Assembly: GCA_964016885.1 (NCBI GenBank)
Contig: OZ024740.1
Location: forward strand, 10,974,001 to 11,038,000
Length of the DNA: 64,000 nucleotides
DNA from: Eledone cirrhosa
Lineage: Eukaryota
Direction: 5' to 3'
Shown: piece by piece, positions 1 through 14,077 of the stretch
Position numbering within the stretch: the first letter of the stretch is position 1
Layout of the letters: every line of letters begins with the position of its first letter
Notes under the pieces: generated by a model
What the model saw: the letters and a program-made list of their open reading frames with translations, nothing else
Database searches by the model: none
Told to the model about the DNA's origin: nothing
Position numbers and translations under genes: made by a program

Positions 1-3000
1 GTGTTTGATACAATTATGGGAGTGTTTGATATAGTTATGGGAGTGTTTGATACAGTTATGGTAGTGTTTGATACAGTTATAGGAGTGTTTGATACAGTTA
101 TGGTAGTGTTTGATACAGTTATGGTAGTGTCTGATACAGTTATGGGAGTGTTTGATACAGTTATGGGAGTGTTTGATATAGTTATGGGAGTGTTTGATAC
201 AATTATGGTAGTGTTTGATACAGTTATGGGAGTGTTTGATACAGTTATGGGAGTTTGTGATACAGTTATAGGAGTGTTTGATACAGTTATGGGAGTGTTT
301 GATACAGTTATGGGAGTGTTTCATACAGTTATGGGAGTGTTGATATAGTTATGGTAGTGTTTGATACAGTTATAGGAGTGTTTGATACAGTTATGGGAGT
401 GTTTGATACATTTATGGGAGTGTTTGATACAGTTATGGTAGTGTTTGATACAGTTATGGGAGTGTTTGATACAGTTATGGGAGTGTTTGATACAGTTATG
501 TGTGTGTTTGATATAGTTATGGGAGTGTTTGATACAATTATGGTAGTGTTTGATACAGTTATGGGAGTGTTTGATACAGTTATAGGAGTGTTTGATACAA
601 TTATGGTAGTGTTTGATACAGTTATGGTAGTGTTTGATACAGTTATGGTAGTGTTTGATACAGTTATGGGAGTGTTTGATACAATTATGGGAGTGTTTGA
701 TATAGTTATGGGAGTGTTTGATACAGTTATGGTAGTGTTTGATACAGTTATAGGAGTGTTTGATACAGTTATGGTAGTGTTTGATACAGTTATGGTAGTG
801 TTTGATACAGTTATGGGAGTGTTTGATACAGTTATGGGAGTGTTTGATATAGTTATGGGAGTGTTTGATACAATTATGGTAGTGTTTGATACAGTTATGG
901 GAGTGTTTGATACAGTTATGGGAGTGTTTGATACAGTTATAGGAGTGTTTGATACAGTTATGGGAGTGTTTGATACAGTTATGGGAGTGTTTGATACAGT
1001 TATGGTAGTGTTTGATACAGTTATGGTAGTGTTTGATACAGTTATGGGAGTGTTTGATATAGTTATGGGAGTGTTTGATACAATTATGGTAGTGTTTGAT
1101 ACAGTTATAGGAGTGTTTGATACAGTTATAGGAGTGTTTGATACAGTTATGGGAGTGTTTAATACAGTTATGGGAGTGTTTGATACAGTTATAGGAGTGT
1201 TTGATACAGTTATGGTAGTGTTTGATACAGTTATAGGAGTGTTTGATACAGTAATGGTAGTGTTTGATAGAGTTATGGGAGTGTTTGATAGAGTTATGGG
1301 TGTGTTTGATACAGTTATGGTAGTGTTTGATACAGTTATGGTAGTGTTTGGTACAGTTATGGGAGTGTTTGATACAGTAATGGTAGTGTTTGATAGAGTT
1401 ATGGGAGTGTTTGATACAGTTATGGGATTGTTTGATACAGTTATGGTAGTGTTTGATACAGTTATGGTAGTGTTTGGTACAGTTATGGGAGTGTTTGATA
1501 CAGTTATGGTAGTGTTTGATACAGTTATAGGAGTGTTTGATAGAGTTATGGGAGTGTTTGATATAGTTATGGGAGTGTTTGATACAGTTATAGGAGTGTT
1601 TGATACAGTTATGGTAGTGTTTGATACAGTTATGGGAGTGTTTGATACAGTAATGGTAGTGTTTGATAGAGTTCTGGGAGTGTTTGATAGAGTTATGGGT
1701 GTGTTTGATAAAGTTATAGGAGTGTTTGATACAGTTATGGGAGTGTTTGATACAGTTATGGGAGTGTTTGATATAGTTATGGGAGTGTTTGATACAGTTA
1801 TAGGAGTGTTTGATACAGTTATGGGAGTGTTTGATGCAGTTATGGGAGTGTTTGATACAGTTATGGGAGTGTTTGATACAGTTATGGGAGTGTTTGATAC
1901 AGTTATGGGAGTGTTTGATACAATTATGGGAGTGTTTGATACAGTTATGGGAGTGTTTGATACAGTTATGGGAGTGTTTGATACAGTTATAGGAGTGTTT
2001 GATACAGTTATGGGAGTGTTTGATACAGTTATGGGAGTGTTTGATACAGTTATGGGAGTGTTTGATACAGTTATGGGAGTGTTTGATACAGTTATGGGAG
2101 TGTTTGATACAGTTATAGGAGTGTTTGATACAGTTATGGGAGTGTTTGATACAGTTATGGGAGTGTTTGATACAGTTATGGGAGTGTTTGATACAGTTAT
2201 AGGAGTGTTTGATACAGTTATGGGAGTGTTTGATACAGTTATGGGAGTGTTTGATACAGTTATGGGAGTGTTTGATACAGTTATAGGAGTGTTTGATAGA
2301 GTTATGGGAGTGTTTGATATAGTTATGGGAGTGTTTGATACAGTTATAGGAGTGTTTGATACAGTTATGGTAGTGTTTGATACAGTTATGGGAGTGTTTG
2401 ATACAGTAATGGTAGTGTTTGATAGAGTTATGGTAGTGTTTGATAGAGTTATGGGTGTGTTTGATAAAGTTATAGGAGTGTTTGATACAGTTATGGGAGT
2501 GTTTGATACAGTTATGGGAGTGTTTGATATAGTTATGGGAGTGTTTGATACAGTTATAGGAGTGTTTGATACAGTTATGGGAGTGTTTGATGCAGTTATG
2601 GGAGTGTTTGATACAGTTATGGGAGTGTTTGATACAGTTATGGGAGTGTTTGATACAGTTATGGGAGTGTTTGATACAATTATGGGAGTGTTTGATACAG
2701 TTATGGGAGTGTTTGATATAGTTATGGTAGTGTTTGATACAGTTATGGTAGTGTTTGATACAATTATGGTAGTGTTTGATACAGTTATGGGAGTGTTTGA
2801 TACAATTATGGGAGTGTTTGATATAGTTATGGGAGTGTTTGATACAGTTATGGTAGTGTTTGATACAGTTATAGGAGTGTTTGATACAGTTATGGTAGTG
2901 TTTGATACAGTTATGGTAGTGTCTGATACAGTTATGGGAGTGTTTGATACAGTTATGGGAGTGTTTGATATAGTTATGGGAGTGTTTGATACAATTATGG

Positions 3001-6000
3001 TAGTGTTTGATACAGTTATGGGAGTGTTTGATACAGTTATGGGAGTTTGTGATACAGTTATAGGAGTGTTTGATACAGTTATGGGAGTGTTTGATACAGT
3101 TATGGGAGTGTTTCATACAGTTATGGGAGTGTTTGATATAGTTATGGTAGTGTTTGATACAGTTATAGGAGTGTTTGATACAGTTATGGGAGTGTTTGAT
3201 ACATTTATGGGAGTGTTTGATACAGTTATGGTAGTGTTTGATACAGTTATGGGAGTGTTTGATACAGTTATGGGAGTGTTTGATACAGTTATGGGAGTGT
3301 TTGATATAGTTATGGGAGTGTTTGATACAATTATGGTAGTGTTTGATACAGTTATGGGAGTGTTTGATACAGTTATGGGAGTGTTTGATACAGTTATAGG
3401 AGTGTTTGATACAATTATGGTAGTGTTTGATACAGTTATGGTAGTGTTTGATACAGTTATGGTAGTGTTTGATATAATTATGGGAGTGTTTGATATAGTT
3501 ATGGGAGTGTTTGATACAGTTATGGTAGTGTTTGATACAGTTATAGGAGTGTTTGATACAGTTATGGTAGTGTTTGATACAGTTATAGGAGTGTTTGATA
3601 CAGTTATGGTAGTGTTTGATACAGTTATGGGAGTGTTTGATACAATTATGGGAGTGTTTGATATAGTTATGGGAGTGTTTGATACAGTTATGGTAGTGTT
3701 TGATACAGTTATAGGAGTGTTTGATACAGTTATGGTAGTGTTTGATACAGTTATGGTAGTGTTTGATACAGTTATGGGAGTGTTTGATACAGTTATGGGA
3801 GTGTTTGATATAGTTATGGGAGTGTTTGATACAATTATGGTAGTGTTTGATACAGTTATGGGAGTGTTTGATACAGTTATGGGAGTGTTTGATACAGTTA
3901 TAGGAGTGTTTGATACTGTTATGGGAGTGTTTGATACAGTTATGGGAGTGTTTGATACAGTTATGGTAGTGTTTGATACAGTTATGGTAGTGTTTGATAC
4001 AGTTATGGGAGTGTTTGATATAGTTATGGGAGTGTTTGATACAATTATGGTAGTGTTTGATACAGTTATGGGAGTGTTTGATACAGTTATAGGAGTGTTT
4101 GATACAGTTATGGTAGTGTTTGATACAGTTATAGGAGTGTTTGATATAGTTATGGGAGTGTTTGATACAGTTATGGTAGTGTTTGATACAGTTATGGGAG
4201 TGTTTGATACAGTTATGGGAGTGTTTGATACAGTTATGGTAGTGTTTGATACAGTTATGGGAGTGTTTGATACAGTTATGGGAGTGTTTGATACAGTTAT
4301 GGGAGTGTTTGATACAATTATGGTAGTGTTTGATACAGTTATGGTAGTGTTTGATACAGTTATGGGAGTGTTTGATACAATTATGGTAGTGTTTGATACA
4401 ATTATGGTAGTGTTTGATACAGTTATGGGAGTGTTTGATATAGTTATGGGAGTGTTTGATACAATTATGGTAGTGTTTGATACAGTTATGGGAGTGTTTG
4501 ATACAGTTATAGGAGTGTTTGATATAGTTATGGGAGTGTTTGATACAATTATGGTAGTGTTTGATACAGTTATGGGAGTGTTTGATACAGTTATGGGAGT
4601 GTTTGATACAGTTATGGGAGTGTTTGATACAGTTATGGGAGTGTTTGATACAGTTATGGGAGTGTTTGATACAGTTATAGGAGTGTTTGATATAGTTATG
4701 GGAGTGTTTGATACAATTATGGTAGTGTTTGATACAGTTATGGGAGTGTTTGATACAGTTATGGGAGTGTTTGATACAGTTATGGGAGTGTTTGATACAG
4801 TTATGGGAGTGTTTGATACAATTATGGTAGTGTTTGATACAGTTATGGGAGTGTTTGATACAATTATGGTAGTGTTTAATACAATTATGGTAGTGTTTGA
4901 TACAATTATGGTAGTGTTTGATACAGTTATGGGAGTGTTTGATACAATTATGGTAGTGTTTGATACAGTTATGGTAGTGTTTGATACAGTTATGGGAGTG
5001 TTTGATACAATTATGGTAGTGTTTGATACAATTATGGTAGTGTTTGATACAGTTATGGGAGTGTTTGATACAATTATGGTAGTGTTTGATACAGTTATGG
5101 GAGTGTTTGATACAGTTATGGGAGTGTTTGATACAGTTATAGGAGTGTTTGATACAGTTATGGGAGTGTTTGATACAGTTATGGGAGTGTTTGATATAAT
5201 TGTGGTAGTGTTTGATACAGTTTTGGTAGTGTTTGATATAGTTATGGTAGTGGTTGATACAGTTATGGGAGTGTTTGATACAGTTATAGGAGTGTTTGAT
5301 ACAATTATGGGAGTGTTTGATACAGTTATGGGAGTGTTTGATACAGTTATGGCAGTGTTTGATACAGTTATGAGAGTGTTTGATACAGTCATGGGAGTGT
5401 TTGGTAGAGTTATGGGAGTGTTTGATACAGTTATAGGAGTGTTTGATACAGTTATGGGAGTGTTTGATACAGTTATGGGAGTGTTTGATACAGTTGTGGC
5501 AGTGTTTGATACAGTTATGGCAGTGTTTGATACAGTTATGGCAGTGTTTGATACAGTTATGGTAGTGGTTGATACAGTTATGGGAGTGTTTGATACAGTT
5601 ATGGTAGTGTTTGATATAGTTATGGGAGTGTTTGATACAATTGTGGTAGTGTTTGATATAGTTATGGTAGTGGTTGATACAGTTATGGTAGTGTTTGATA
5701 TAGTTATGGGGGTGTTTGATACAGTTATGGGAGTGTTTGATACAGTTATGGGAGTGTTTGATACAATTGTGGTAGTGTTTGATATAGTTATGGGAGTGTT
5801 TGATACAGTTATGGCAGTGTTTGATACAGTTATGGGAGCGTTTGATACAGTTATGGGAGTGTTTGATACAGTTATGGTAGTGTTTGATATAGCTATGGGA
5901 GTCTTTGATACAGTTATGGGAGTGTTTGATACAGTTATGGTAGTGTTTGATACAGTTATGGTAGTGTTTGATATAGTTATAGGAGTGTTTGATACAGTTA

Positions 6001-6311
6001 TGGGAGTGTTTGATACAGTTATGGGAGTGTTTGATACAGTTATGGGAGTGTTTGATACAGTTATGGGAGTGTTTGATACAATTGTGGTAGTGTTTGTTAC
6101 AGTTATGGTAGTGTTTGATATAATTGTGGTAGTGTTTGATACAGTTATGGGAGTGTTTGATACAGTTATGGGAGTGTTTGATACAGTTATGGGAGTGTTT
6201 GATACAGTTATGGGAGTGTTTGATACAATTGTGGTAGTGTTTGTTACAGTTATGGTAGTGTTTGATATAATTGTGGTAGTGTTTGATACAGTTATGGTAG
6301 TGTTTGATACA
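1..6311. repeat. 21-bp tandem minisatellite (consensus GTGTTTGATACAGTTATGGGA), ~300 units, runs off the window start
   Basis: Directly visible periodicity; the 7-aa repeating ORFs (VFDTVMG, CIKHSHN) reflect the 21-nt unit. Confidence 0.98.
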
Positions 6312-6494
6312 TGAAAATTTTCATACGCAATATTTTCTTATTCTATCTGTAAATATTCTTCTTCTTTCTTCTTTCTCCTCCTCCTTCTGCTTTTCACCTC
6401 CTCTTCCTCATCTTTCTTCTTTTCACCACCCCTTCTTCCTCTTTCTCCTCCTCCTTCTTCTTTTTACCTCCTCTTCCTTCTTCCGTCCTCCCTC

Positions 6495-6662
6495 TTCTTC
6501 TATTCCCACTTATTTTTGAGGGACTTGTGGGGGTTGAGTCCTCAAACACTCCTTCCAGCAGGTCCTGTCAGAAGCAACCGTTTCCAACTGATCTGGCAGG
6601 ATCCCAAAGCAAGACCAGCCAAGCTCATGAATGTTAACCGACCATGTTGCTTGGGGTCTATG
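6495..6662 (-). mobile_element. 3' end fragment of an RTE-like LINE
   Basis: Reverse complement aligns by eye to ~7125-7285 (catgagcttggctggtc ... gtgtttgaggactc ... aataagtggg ... gaagaag tail). Confidence 0.65.
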
Positions 6663-6899
6663 CTTATAAAACCTAAAGAGTGATCAATGATACCAAACGT
6701 ACTGATGTTTTTGATGACAATGATCCTACACTGTTTAAATCTCTCTCTCTCTCTCTGTCGCTCACTCTCTCTCTCTCTCTGTCGCTCTCTCTCTCTATTT
6801 CACAGAGGTCATCAAGCTTAACCCCTTCAGATATGTTCTGAATAATTCATTCTTCTGATATTTACATTAGCTTACTATAACTCTTATTTTATTTGATGC

Positions 6900-7290
6900 C
6901 TGCATGTTCCAATGGGAAATGGGATTCCTCTGAAGGGTCTTTGGAGTTATGTTACTCGATAGAGTGCATAGCTCTGAGACCAGAGTCACTCCAGGTTGAG
7001 CCACTACTTCTTCGAATTTAGAGATCACAGCTCTGATATATTGGGCGTGTGGTTAGAATGTCACAGGAAAGAATCACTGAACAGATTTTACAGGTAAAAC
7101 GGCAGGCAAGGGACCCAGGAGCAGACCCGAGCAAGATGGTTGAATAATATTCATGAGCTTGGCTGGTCACGCTTGGAGATCCAGCTGGATTAATTGGAGA
7201 TGGTTGCTTCTAACAGGACTAACTGGAAGGTGTGTTTGAGGACTCTGTCCCCACAACTCTCTCTGGAATAAGTGGGCGAAGAAGTAGTTC
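6900..7290 (+). mobile_element. Degenerate 3' end of an RTE-like LINE (RT C-terminus plus 3'UTR, GAA tail)
   Basis: Frameshifted translation RSQL.YIGRVVRMSQERITEQILQVK..GKGPRSRP..RWLNNIHELGWSRL resembles the RTE RT C-terminus (LRW.GHV.RM...G.RP.GRP..RW). Further pieces lie at ~49600-49670 (-) and ~59765-59845 (+). Confidence 0.65.
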
Positions 7291-7552
7291 TCATCAAACA
7301 AACTTATGATAGACATTTTAATTGTGATTATTCTATATTTATTCTTTTAAAGTGAATCTGGGATTACATTATCCAAATATATTCCCTCTCAGGAATAAGT
7401 GGGTGAAGAAGAAAGAGGAAGAGAAGAAGAAGAGATGTGTTCTCTCTACTTTAATCTATTGAGCAGAATAATAAGTTTTATAAATTAGTATGTAAAATAC
7501 AAAGTATATATTCTTTATGTAATCTTTATTTTATATTGTCTTTATTTCATAG

Positions 7553-7840
7553 AAATATACATTTATGGTTACTTGAAGAAGATATCAGGCAGCAACTGTT
7601 TAGAGACACTTAATAGGGTGGTTATAAAGATGAAAAATAAGGTATATTTTGAAGTGACTCCTGATTTTATAATAGCAAAAGGAAAAAAATATAATGCTAC
7701 CAAACTGAATATAATTAAATTACCGCTGAAAAGATTTGTCTTGGTAAGAGTAATCATTCAGAAAACCGTAAATGATGAAAAATTTATTTCCTTGTATTTT
7801 CAACTATTAAGCAAATTCATTCAACCTGAAGGAATCTTGG
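7553..7840 (+). CDS. Penultimate coding exon (phase 1-1, 288 bp) of a host gene; weak resemblance to the inter-alpha-trypsin inhibitor heavy-chain C-terminal domain
   Basis: Acceptor tttatttcatag|AA and donor TTGG|gtaagt; open frame IYIYGYLKKISGSNCLETLNRVVIKMKNKVYFEVTPDFII...FISLYFQLLSKFIQPEGILG; splices in frame to 15394. The product call is low-confidence motif similarity (GILG ~ HGLLGQF). Confidence 0.75.
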
Positions 7841-8289
7841 GTAAGTAATATATATATTTTCTAAAATCAAATACAATTCTTTGTTTCTATAAGGAGTTTT
7901 ATTAACATGAACAAAAAAGCATTAAAATGGTTGTTGATAACTGTATATACCTATTAAAGGCCGATATAAAATGTTGAGCCGTTATTTTTAAGCTTATAAC
8001 TTATGTAAATACAGGTGTGATTTATTATTACTTTTCGATTCCGTGATATAATACATATCATATAGGAAATATATATATTCTTCATTGACCATACTTAAAT
8101 ATGAATGATACGCCATAATTTCAATTGAAATAAGAAACATCAGTTGTATAATGCAGTATACAGTTATTGTTATGGCTATGTGAAGAAGATATGTGAAGAA
8201 TATGTGTGAAGAAGAGATCACATGAAAAAGTAGTAAAAGTAATAGATACTCCCAAAACACTCAAAATGTCACCTTTTGTCTATATATAT

Positions 8290-8556
8290 TAAACATCTAG
8301 CATTTAAACAAACCATATCCAGCCAAAATTTTCTCACCACTTTCTGTTCCAGCTGGCCATAACTAGCCACTCATATTGATGTTAAGGTATTGTTCTCAAA
8401 ATAAATAATATCAAAATCTTGTAGCTTTGATATTATGTGAGATATTTATGTAAGGTAAAGACTTGACCACGAAAATACAATAGTATATATAGAGTAATGT
8501 AAATATTATGTGTGGTAAAGACTTGACAACGAAAGTACAATAGTAAATATAGAGTG
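8290..8556 (-). repeat. MITE-like interspersed repeat containing diverged 72-bp-type units; 3' flank/target of LINE copy 1
   Basis: Reverse complement reads actctatatttactattg...cacataatatc...agattttgatattatttattttgagaacaatacc...aaatgcta; homologous to 58862-59327 and 28908-29060. Confidence 0.75.
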
Positions 8557-8791
8557 GTTTCTTTATTTGCCACTAGGGCACAAAAGGTAGGGACAGATAC
8601 AAGGGGGGAAGTTTACATATAATTAACGAGTACAAAAATATAACAATGAAATAACAACAACCAACGAAGTCCTCAATAGGGAGGGGCATTAACATGGGTC
8701 GCACACACCCCGGAAAAAATGTGCAACCCTTCTCCTCAGGACCACAAAGAGTAGGTGCTTCCCTCGTCTCCTCTTTTTCCTCTTCTTTCAC

Positions 8792-11700
8792 CTACAGGCT
8801 GATATAGAGAGAAGACCCATTCACTCTGGCCATTCTCCCTACTTTCACCCACCTTTCATAAAACTTGCTGGGGTAGAGCACCTCTCTCTCCATTCTGATC
8901 CTTCTTTTAAAATGGTATTTGAAAAAGGGGACCAGTTGTTGGCCGGAGAGAAAGGTGTCTGACCTCAGCCCTTTCAGCCTCGTCCACCAAACAACTTCTT
9001 TAGCCATGGCTATCACACAGAGAAAAACCGCCTCTCCTTCGTTTTTGAAAGGGGGAGGCGGTTTGATCGTGACAATGGACTCGGTGGTCAACCGGATTGG
9101 TCCCACCCTCGACAGTAGTCGTTCCACATAGCCCCACAGGTCAGCAATGCCTGGGCAGTATACGAATGCGTGCGCAATGATTTCGTCGTCATGCACGCAT
9201 CTCGGACAGATCTTATTCAAAGGATCCCTACCCAGGCTCCCATGCCTGTGGAGCTTGTCTCGAACGGGTAGAGCCCCTCGGTAGCACTGCCAAGCCAGGG
9301 ACTTTTGGAAGTTGTCCATCGGTCCAGGGCCAAACGTCCTACCGAACAGACTGGCCAGTTCATCTTCCTCCATGCCTAGAGCTTCTCCGAGAGCATCGTC
9401 GCACCTGATGCGTACCAACCCTCTATAGAATGTCGAGGTGGAGTCTCCACTGATTGCCGGGTCTGCTTTCCAGAGGGCCGTGAGCGCCTGGGCACATTCA
9501 ATGTGTCAGTCGCCCACTTTTCTCGGTCTTTGCTTGACCCAGGATTGCAGCTCGGTGAGCGAGATGAGTCTGGGAAAGGCTCGCCTCACAAACGGGGCCC
9601 ACACCGGTTGACCGGTGAGGAATACCTGGAGGTGCCGTAGCCTTAATGTGTGTTTACGCATCTGTAGCCACGGCATCCCCAGCCCTCCTTTCGAAGGGTG
9701 TTGACAGCAGATGGATCTCCTCACCAAAGGGGTCCGCTTGTTCCAAAGAAATTGGAACAGCGCGCACTCCATTTTGGCGAGTCTTTTCACTGGGCAAGGC
9801 ACGACGGTCAAGCGGTAGTAGATGACGGATGCTATATAAGTATTCGCCACCTCCGCTCCACTTTTGAGGGATAGTTTGCACTGGGCCCACTTCTCGGTGA
9901 GGGCAAACACCCTGGCCGTTACCTCGTTCCAGTTTTTCTCCACCTGGAGGTCTGGTCCGAACCAGACCCCAAGCAGCTTCACCGAGCCCTCCGTCCAGCG
10001 TCCGACGACATCATTGGAGGGCATCGGTTTGCCTCTCCATGTTCCGAGTTGCAAACCGACGAACTTGTCCCGGTTCAGCTTGGCTCCTGTAAACCTTTCA
10101 TATTCCTCCAGTAAGGTGCCGATCTCACCGATTTGCGAGGTTTTCGACACCATTACTGTCACGTCATCGGCGTAGGCCGACGCCGCTTTCTGCAATCCCG
10201 GTTCCAAAGGGATGCCCTGCAACCGCCCCAACTTCCGCAGTAGTGGCTCAAGAGCCAGCACATACAGAAGGTAGGAGAGAGGGCATCCCTGTCGGATGGA
10301 TCACATGATTTGGAACGGCTCCGAGAGGTGGCCGTTCACCTTGACCCTTGAGCAGACGTTGCTGCTGTGCATCGCAGCAATCCAACCCCTGAAAACGAGT
10401 CCGAAACCTCCCGCCGCGAGCACCGCATCCAGGTAACGATGGTCAACCCTATCGAAAGCTTTAGATTGATCCAAGTTGATCAGGGCCCCACCAAAGTCGG
10501 GTTCATTCCCTACCCTCTCTATGATGTATCGCATAAGGTGGAGATTGTCGTGAATGGACCTGGACGGGATTGCGCATGTCTGCGCTTCTCCCACCAGGTT
10601 TCCGATGACATCGCTACATATAGCTCGTATGGTAGACCATCGAGACCCGGGGATTTGCGTTTGCCGCATTGGCTCAGCGCCGCCCCTATCTCAGCAGCTG
10701 AAATCGTCCTTTCGCAGGACTTCGCCTCCGCGTCCGAGAGGCGCGGCAGACCGTCGAGGTATGGATTGAAATCCATAGTCTCACCCGGCGCGCCGCCCCT
10801 CTCGAACAGTCGTGCAAAGTGCCGCTGGAAGACCGCACACATCTGCCCAGGTTCAAGGATCACACGCCCATCCTGGTCCTTCAAAGACCGAATCGTGGAC
10901 TTGTTCCCACTTTTTGCCTCTGTCACTCGGGCCCAGCTCACAGCTTTGGCTCACTCATTACCCAGAGCACGTATTTTACTCCTGACAACGCAGCCTTCAT
11001 GCTTCACCTCAAAGAACTGGTCTAAGGCCATTCTTGATGCCAGCACGCCGGCTACATTGCCACTCCTAATCGCCTCTTCTACTCTATCTACTAATTCCCT
11101 TTCCGTCTTGTTCCTATCCCTTGCTAATTCCTGACTAAAACCTATCGATTCTATTCTAATTGCTCTCTTAAGAGAGCTCCACCACCTGTTGTTGACAATT
11201 GCCCCTGTCAAACTCTGCTTAACTAACGTGCTAATCCGTTTACTGTAAGCTTTGCTTGTCGGTAAGGACAAGTTCAGCTTCCAGTAACCGGGTCCCTGTC
11301 TATGGGTTCTATCAAGGTTGGCTATGCAGGTCACTAACTTGTGATCCGAATAGTCAACCATGAACATTTTTGGACAGCTAAATGTGTCCCTATCCTTCTC
11401 TCTAACTAGGACCCTATCTAGGTACGACCTAGATGTTCCGCTGCGATTGGTCCACGTCCATAGTGCTACAGTCGGAAAATCTAGTCGATATCTATCGGCC
11501 AGGTCAAATCGGCCGATTAACCTTTTGAGGCGTTTACACCCCCCTCTATTGGCACATGCCCCTACATAGTCCCAACGTGCATCCCGGATACCATTCCAGT
11601 CCCCCACTAAAAGCAAGGAGCGGGACGTTCCCAGAAAAGTTTCCAGACGTTGGAAGTATTCCGGCCGCGCTGCCCAAAAAGGGGCGTACACAGCAATTAG

Positions 11701-12021
11701 TCTAAGGGCTCCACTTTCACTACTGCCGATGTCTAAAACCACCAGTCGACCCTCCGGGTCCAGGTGCACCTTCTGTATGGCGAGGCCCAGGTGTTTTCGC
11801 AGCAGAACGACAACTCCACCCCCACCCCCCGGTTGACAGAGAGATGCGAAGATCTCAAAGTCGTCGAAGAGGGGCGCCAGTTGGTGCTCGCTGCTGATCC
11901 TGGACTCGCAAATAGCCATTACATCCATTCTATGCGACCTGAGATCGTTTGAAAGTTTGCCTTGTTTCCAAGACAGTCCCAGGCCGCGTACATTCAGACA
12001 CCCAACTCTTATATCAGCCAT
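8792..12021 (-). pseudogene. LINE ORF2 (APE + RT + zf-RVT), disrupted
   Basis: Relative to copy 2: frameshift/stop near 10951, ~0.2-kb deletion near 10610, frameshift near 10300, in-frame TGA at 9506-9508. Confidence 0.9.
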
Positions 12022-12042
12022 GTTGGTTAAAAGAGGAAGGGC

Positions 12043-13783
12043 CTACCTGTTCGGCTCCTGAGGAGCAGGTTGCACAATATCCATGGGCGTATTGGAGGGG
12101 TTGTTTGGTGGAGTGTTGTTCTGTGGTGGAGTGGGGGTGTTTGGTGAGGTGTGGGTGGGGAAACGTTTCAAGAGGACGCGGTTATAGGGTCGAGTACATG
12201 TTTTCCCCACGTCCCCAGGAAAGTTCTCTCTTAGTTTTGCATAGGTGTCCATTGGGAGTCTTATCATTTTTAAATGCGGTTTGTTGGCCGCGCTTGCAAA
12301 GAATTGCCCTTCAGTTTCCACCGAAGGGTCTTTGTGTATTGTTTTTACTAGTTCTTTGTTATTTGTGTTAATGTATGTATACTGTTTTATTTGTGTTGTG
12401 TTTGTTTGTTGTTCTTGTGTGTGCTTACGTTTTGTTGTATGTGTTATGTTTTGGGGTGGGGCGAATTTTGTTTGTTCTGTTTCTTTTGTTTTTGTTGGTG
12501 GTTGTGTGTTTGTTTCGTTTATGTTCGAGTGGTGCTTTCTTTTTTTCCTTTTTACAGGTTGGAAGGGTCCCCCCTCTTCGTCACTAGGTGCCGTTTCAGC
12601 TGGGTTCTCGTCCGGGCTGTCGGGTAGTGGTGTATTTTGGGGTTTTGTTGTGTTTGTGTGTGTTTTGGGAGTTGTTTTGGATGGGGCCGTGTCTTGTGTT
12701 ATTTTTCCGTGTTGTTTTTGTTGTTGTTGTTGTGGTGGTGGTGGAGGTAGTGGTGGTGGTGGTGGCGGCGGTGGTGGTGTGTGGGGTGTAGGCAAAAGAG
12801 CCTTTTTTTGTCAATTGAGGACAGGCAGCCCTTAGATGACCCCTGCTTGAACAGTAGTAACATATGGGCCTCCTACCCTCGGCTGAAATGTATATAAATG
12901 TTTCTCCATCGAGGGACACCCTCTGTGGTATTCTAGCTATTCGTTCTGGTCTCATTTGGACCAGAACCTCCACGCTCAAATCGCCGAAAACGTCTGTGGT
13001 GACTTCTCCTACTGAGAGGATTCCGTCCTCGTCTTCTAAAAATCCTGTTAGTACCCAGGAAATGCATGCATTTGGCCGGATTCCGGAGACCCTTATTTTC
13101 TGCGTTCTTTTCCCTAAATATGTAGGGGAAAATGTGTGTCGCTTGGAAACAATTGGCGCCACAGAGTATTTCCTGGCCGTCAATTGATCCTTCATTAGTA
13201 CCGTTATATTCCCATAGAGTGGCTCTTTTTCTATGAACGATATATCACTCCACACATTTTTTAGGACTAGCTCAATTTCTTTTTGGGATAATTGAGCTGG
13301 TTTCCTTGTTATGTTGGAAATTGTTCTGAAAGATATCGTTCTTAGTGTCGTGTCTCTTTTGATTTCTTGTGGGGAGGTGATTGTGAAGTCTCCTCCTTCT
13401 TTGAAAGTTACATACTGTTTTGCTTCCTCCATCTTTTCTCTCAGAGTTGTAATGTCCAGTTGCTTGCAGGTCTGTGTTTTCCGGACCGCCTGTGCAAAGG
13501 AGGCACCAGTAGTGGGTTCGCTTTGTTTGGTGTTATCGTTATTTTTTCCTTGGTTGGTGTTGTGACTATTGCTGTTATTGTCATTGTTGTTTTTGTCTGC
13601 GTTTATGTGACTTTCTGGGTTTTCACCCATTTTTACAAATTTTTCTTTTAATTCCGTGTTCCATGTTTCTTTTGCAGAAGTGAGAAGGGAAGACTTAGAG
13701 CCTTGTGCTTCTAGCTTCTCTGTATCACCTTTCTTAGGGGGCGTGGCTTTCTCGTTAGGATGAGATGTGAAAATTCCATCCAT
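12043..13783 (-). pseudogene. LINE ORF1 (gag-like, zinc knuckle, Pro/Gln/Thr-rich tail), frameshifted
   Basis: Starts MDGIFTSH; CX2CX4HX4C knuckle; an A7 run near 12803-12809 (A9 in copy 2) shifts the frame; the downstream frame ends PQEPNR*. Confidence 0.85.
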
Positions 13784-14077
13784 TTCTATTAGTTTGCCGT
13801 AATAAATTTTTAACTGGAAAATTCGCCCCAAAAAGGGGCGAAAATAAATAAACTCAAAGTTTGACGACCAAGGCAAGGGGTTAACGTATATTACAGTATA
13901 AAAAAATTAATCAAAACTCACTTTTGAGTAAGTAAATCCAACTCGGTAGCCGAGCTTGTTCACACACGTCAACACACGTCTCTCGTATACGAGATGTTAT
14001 GTGAGATATTATGTGAGGTAAAGCCTTTACTGTGAAAATACAATAGTATATATAGAGTAAAACAAACATATGCATGT

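Larger units (their letters stand above)
8557..13994 (-). mobile_element. Tx1/L1-clade non-LTR retrotransposon, near full length, inactive (copy 1)
   Basis: ORF1 with CCHC knuckle (CYYCSSRGHLRAAC); ORF2 with APE endonuclease (CLNVRGL, LLVGDWN, SYLDR, YSDH), RT (LDQSKAFDRV, QGCPLS, AYADD) and zf-RVT (CPRC..H.F..C); 3' end AATAAAGAAA. Nearly identical to 53235-58861. Confidence 0.93.

Noticed and set aside
1-6314. 1987-aa, 931-aa and 759-aa ORFs
   Set aside because: They are stop-free frames of a 21-bp tandem repeat open on both strands, with no unique domain or splice context.
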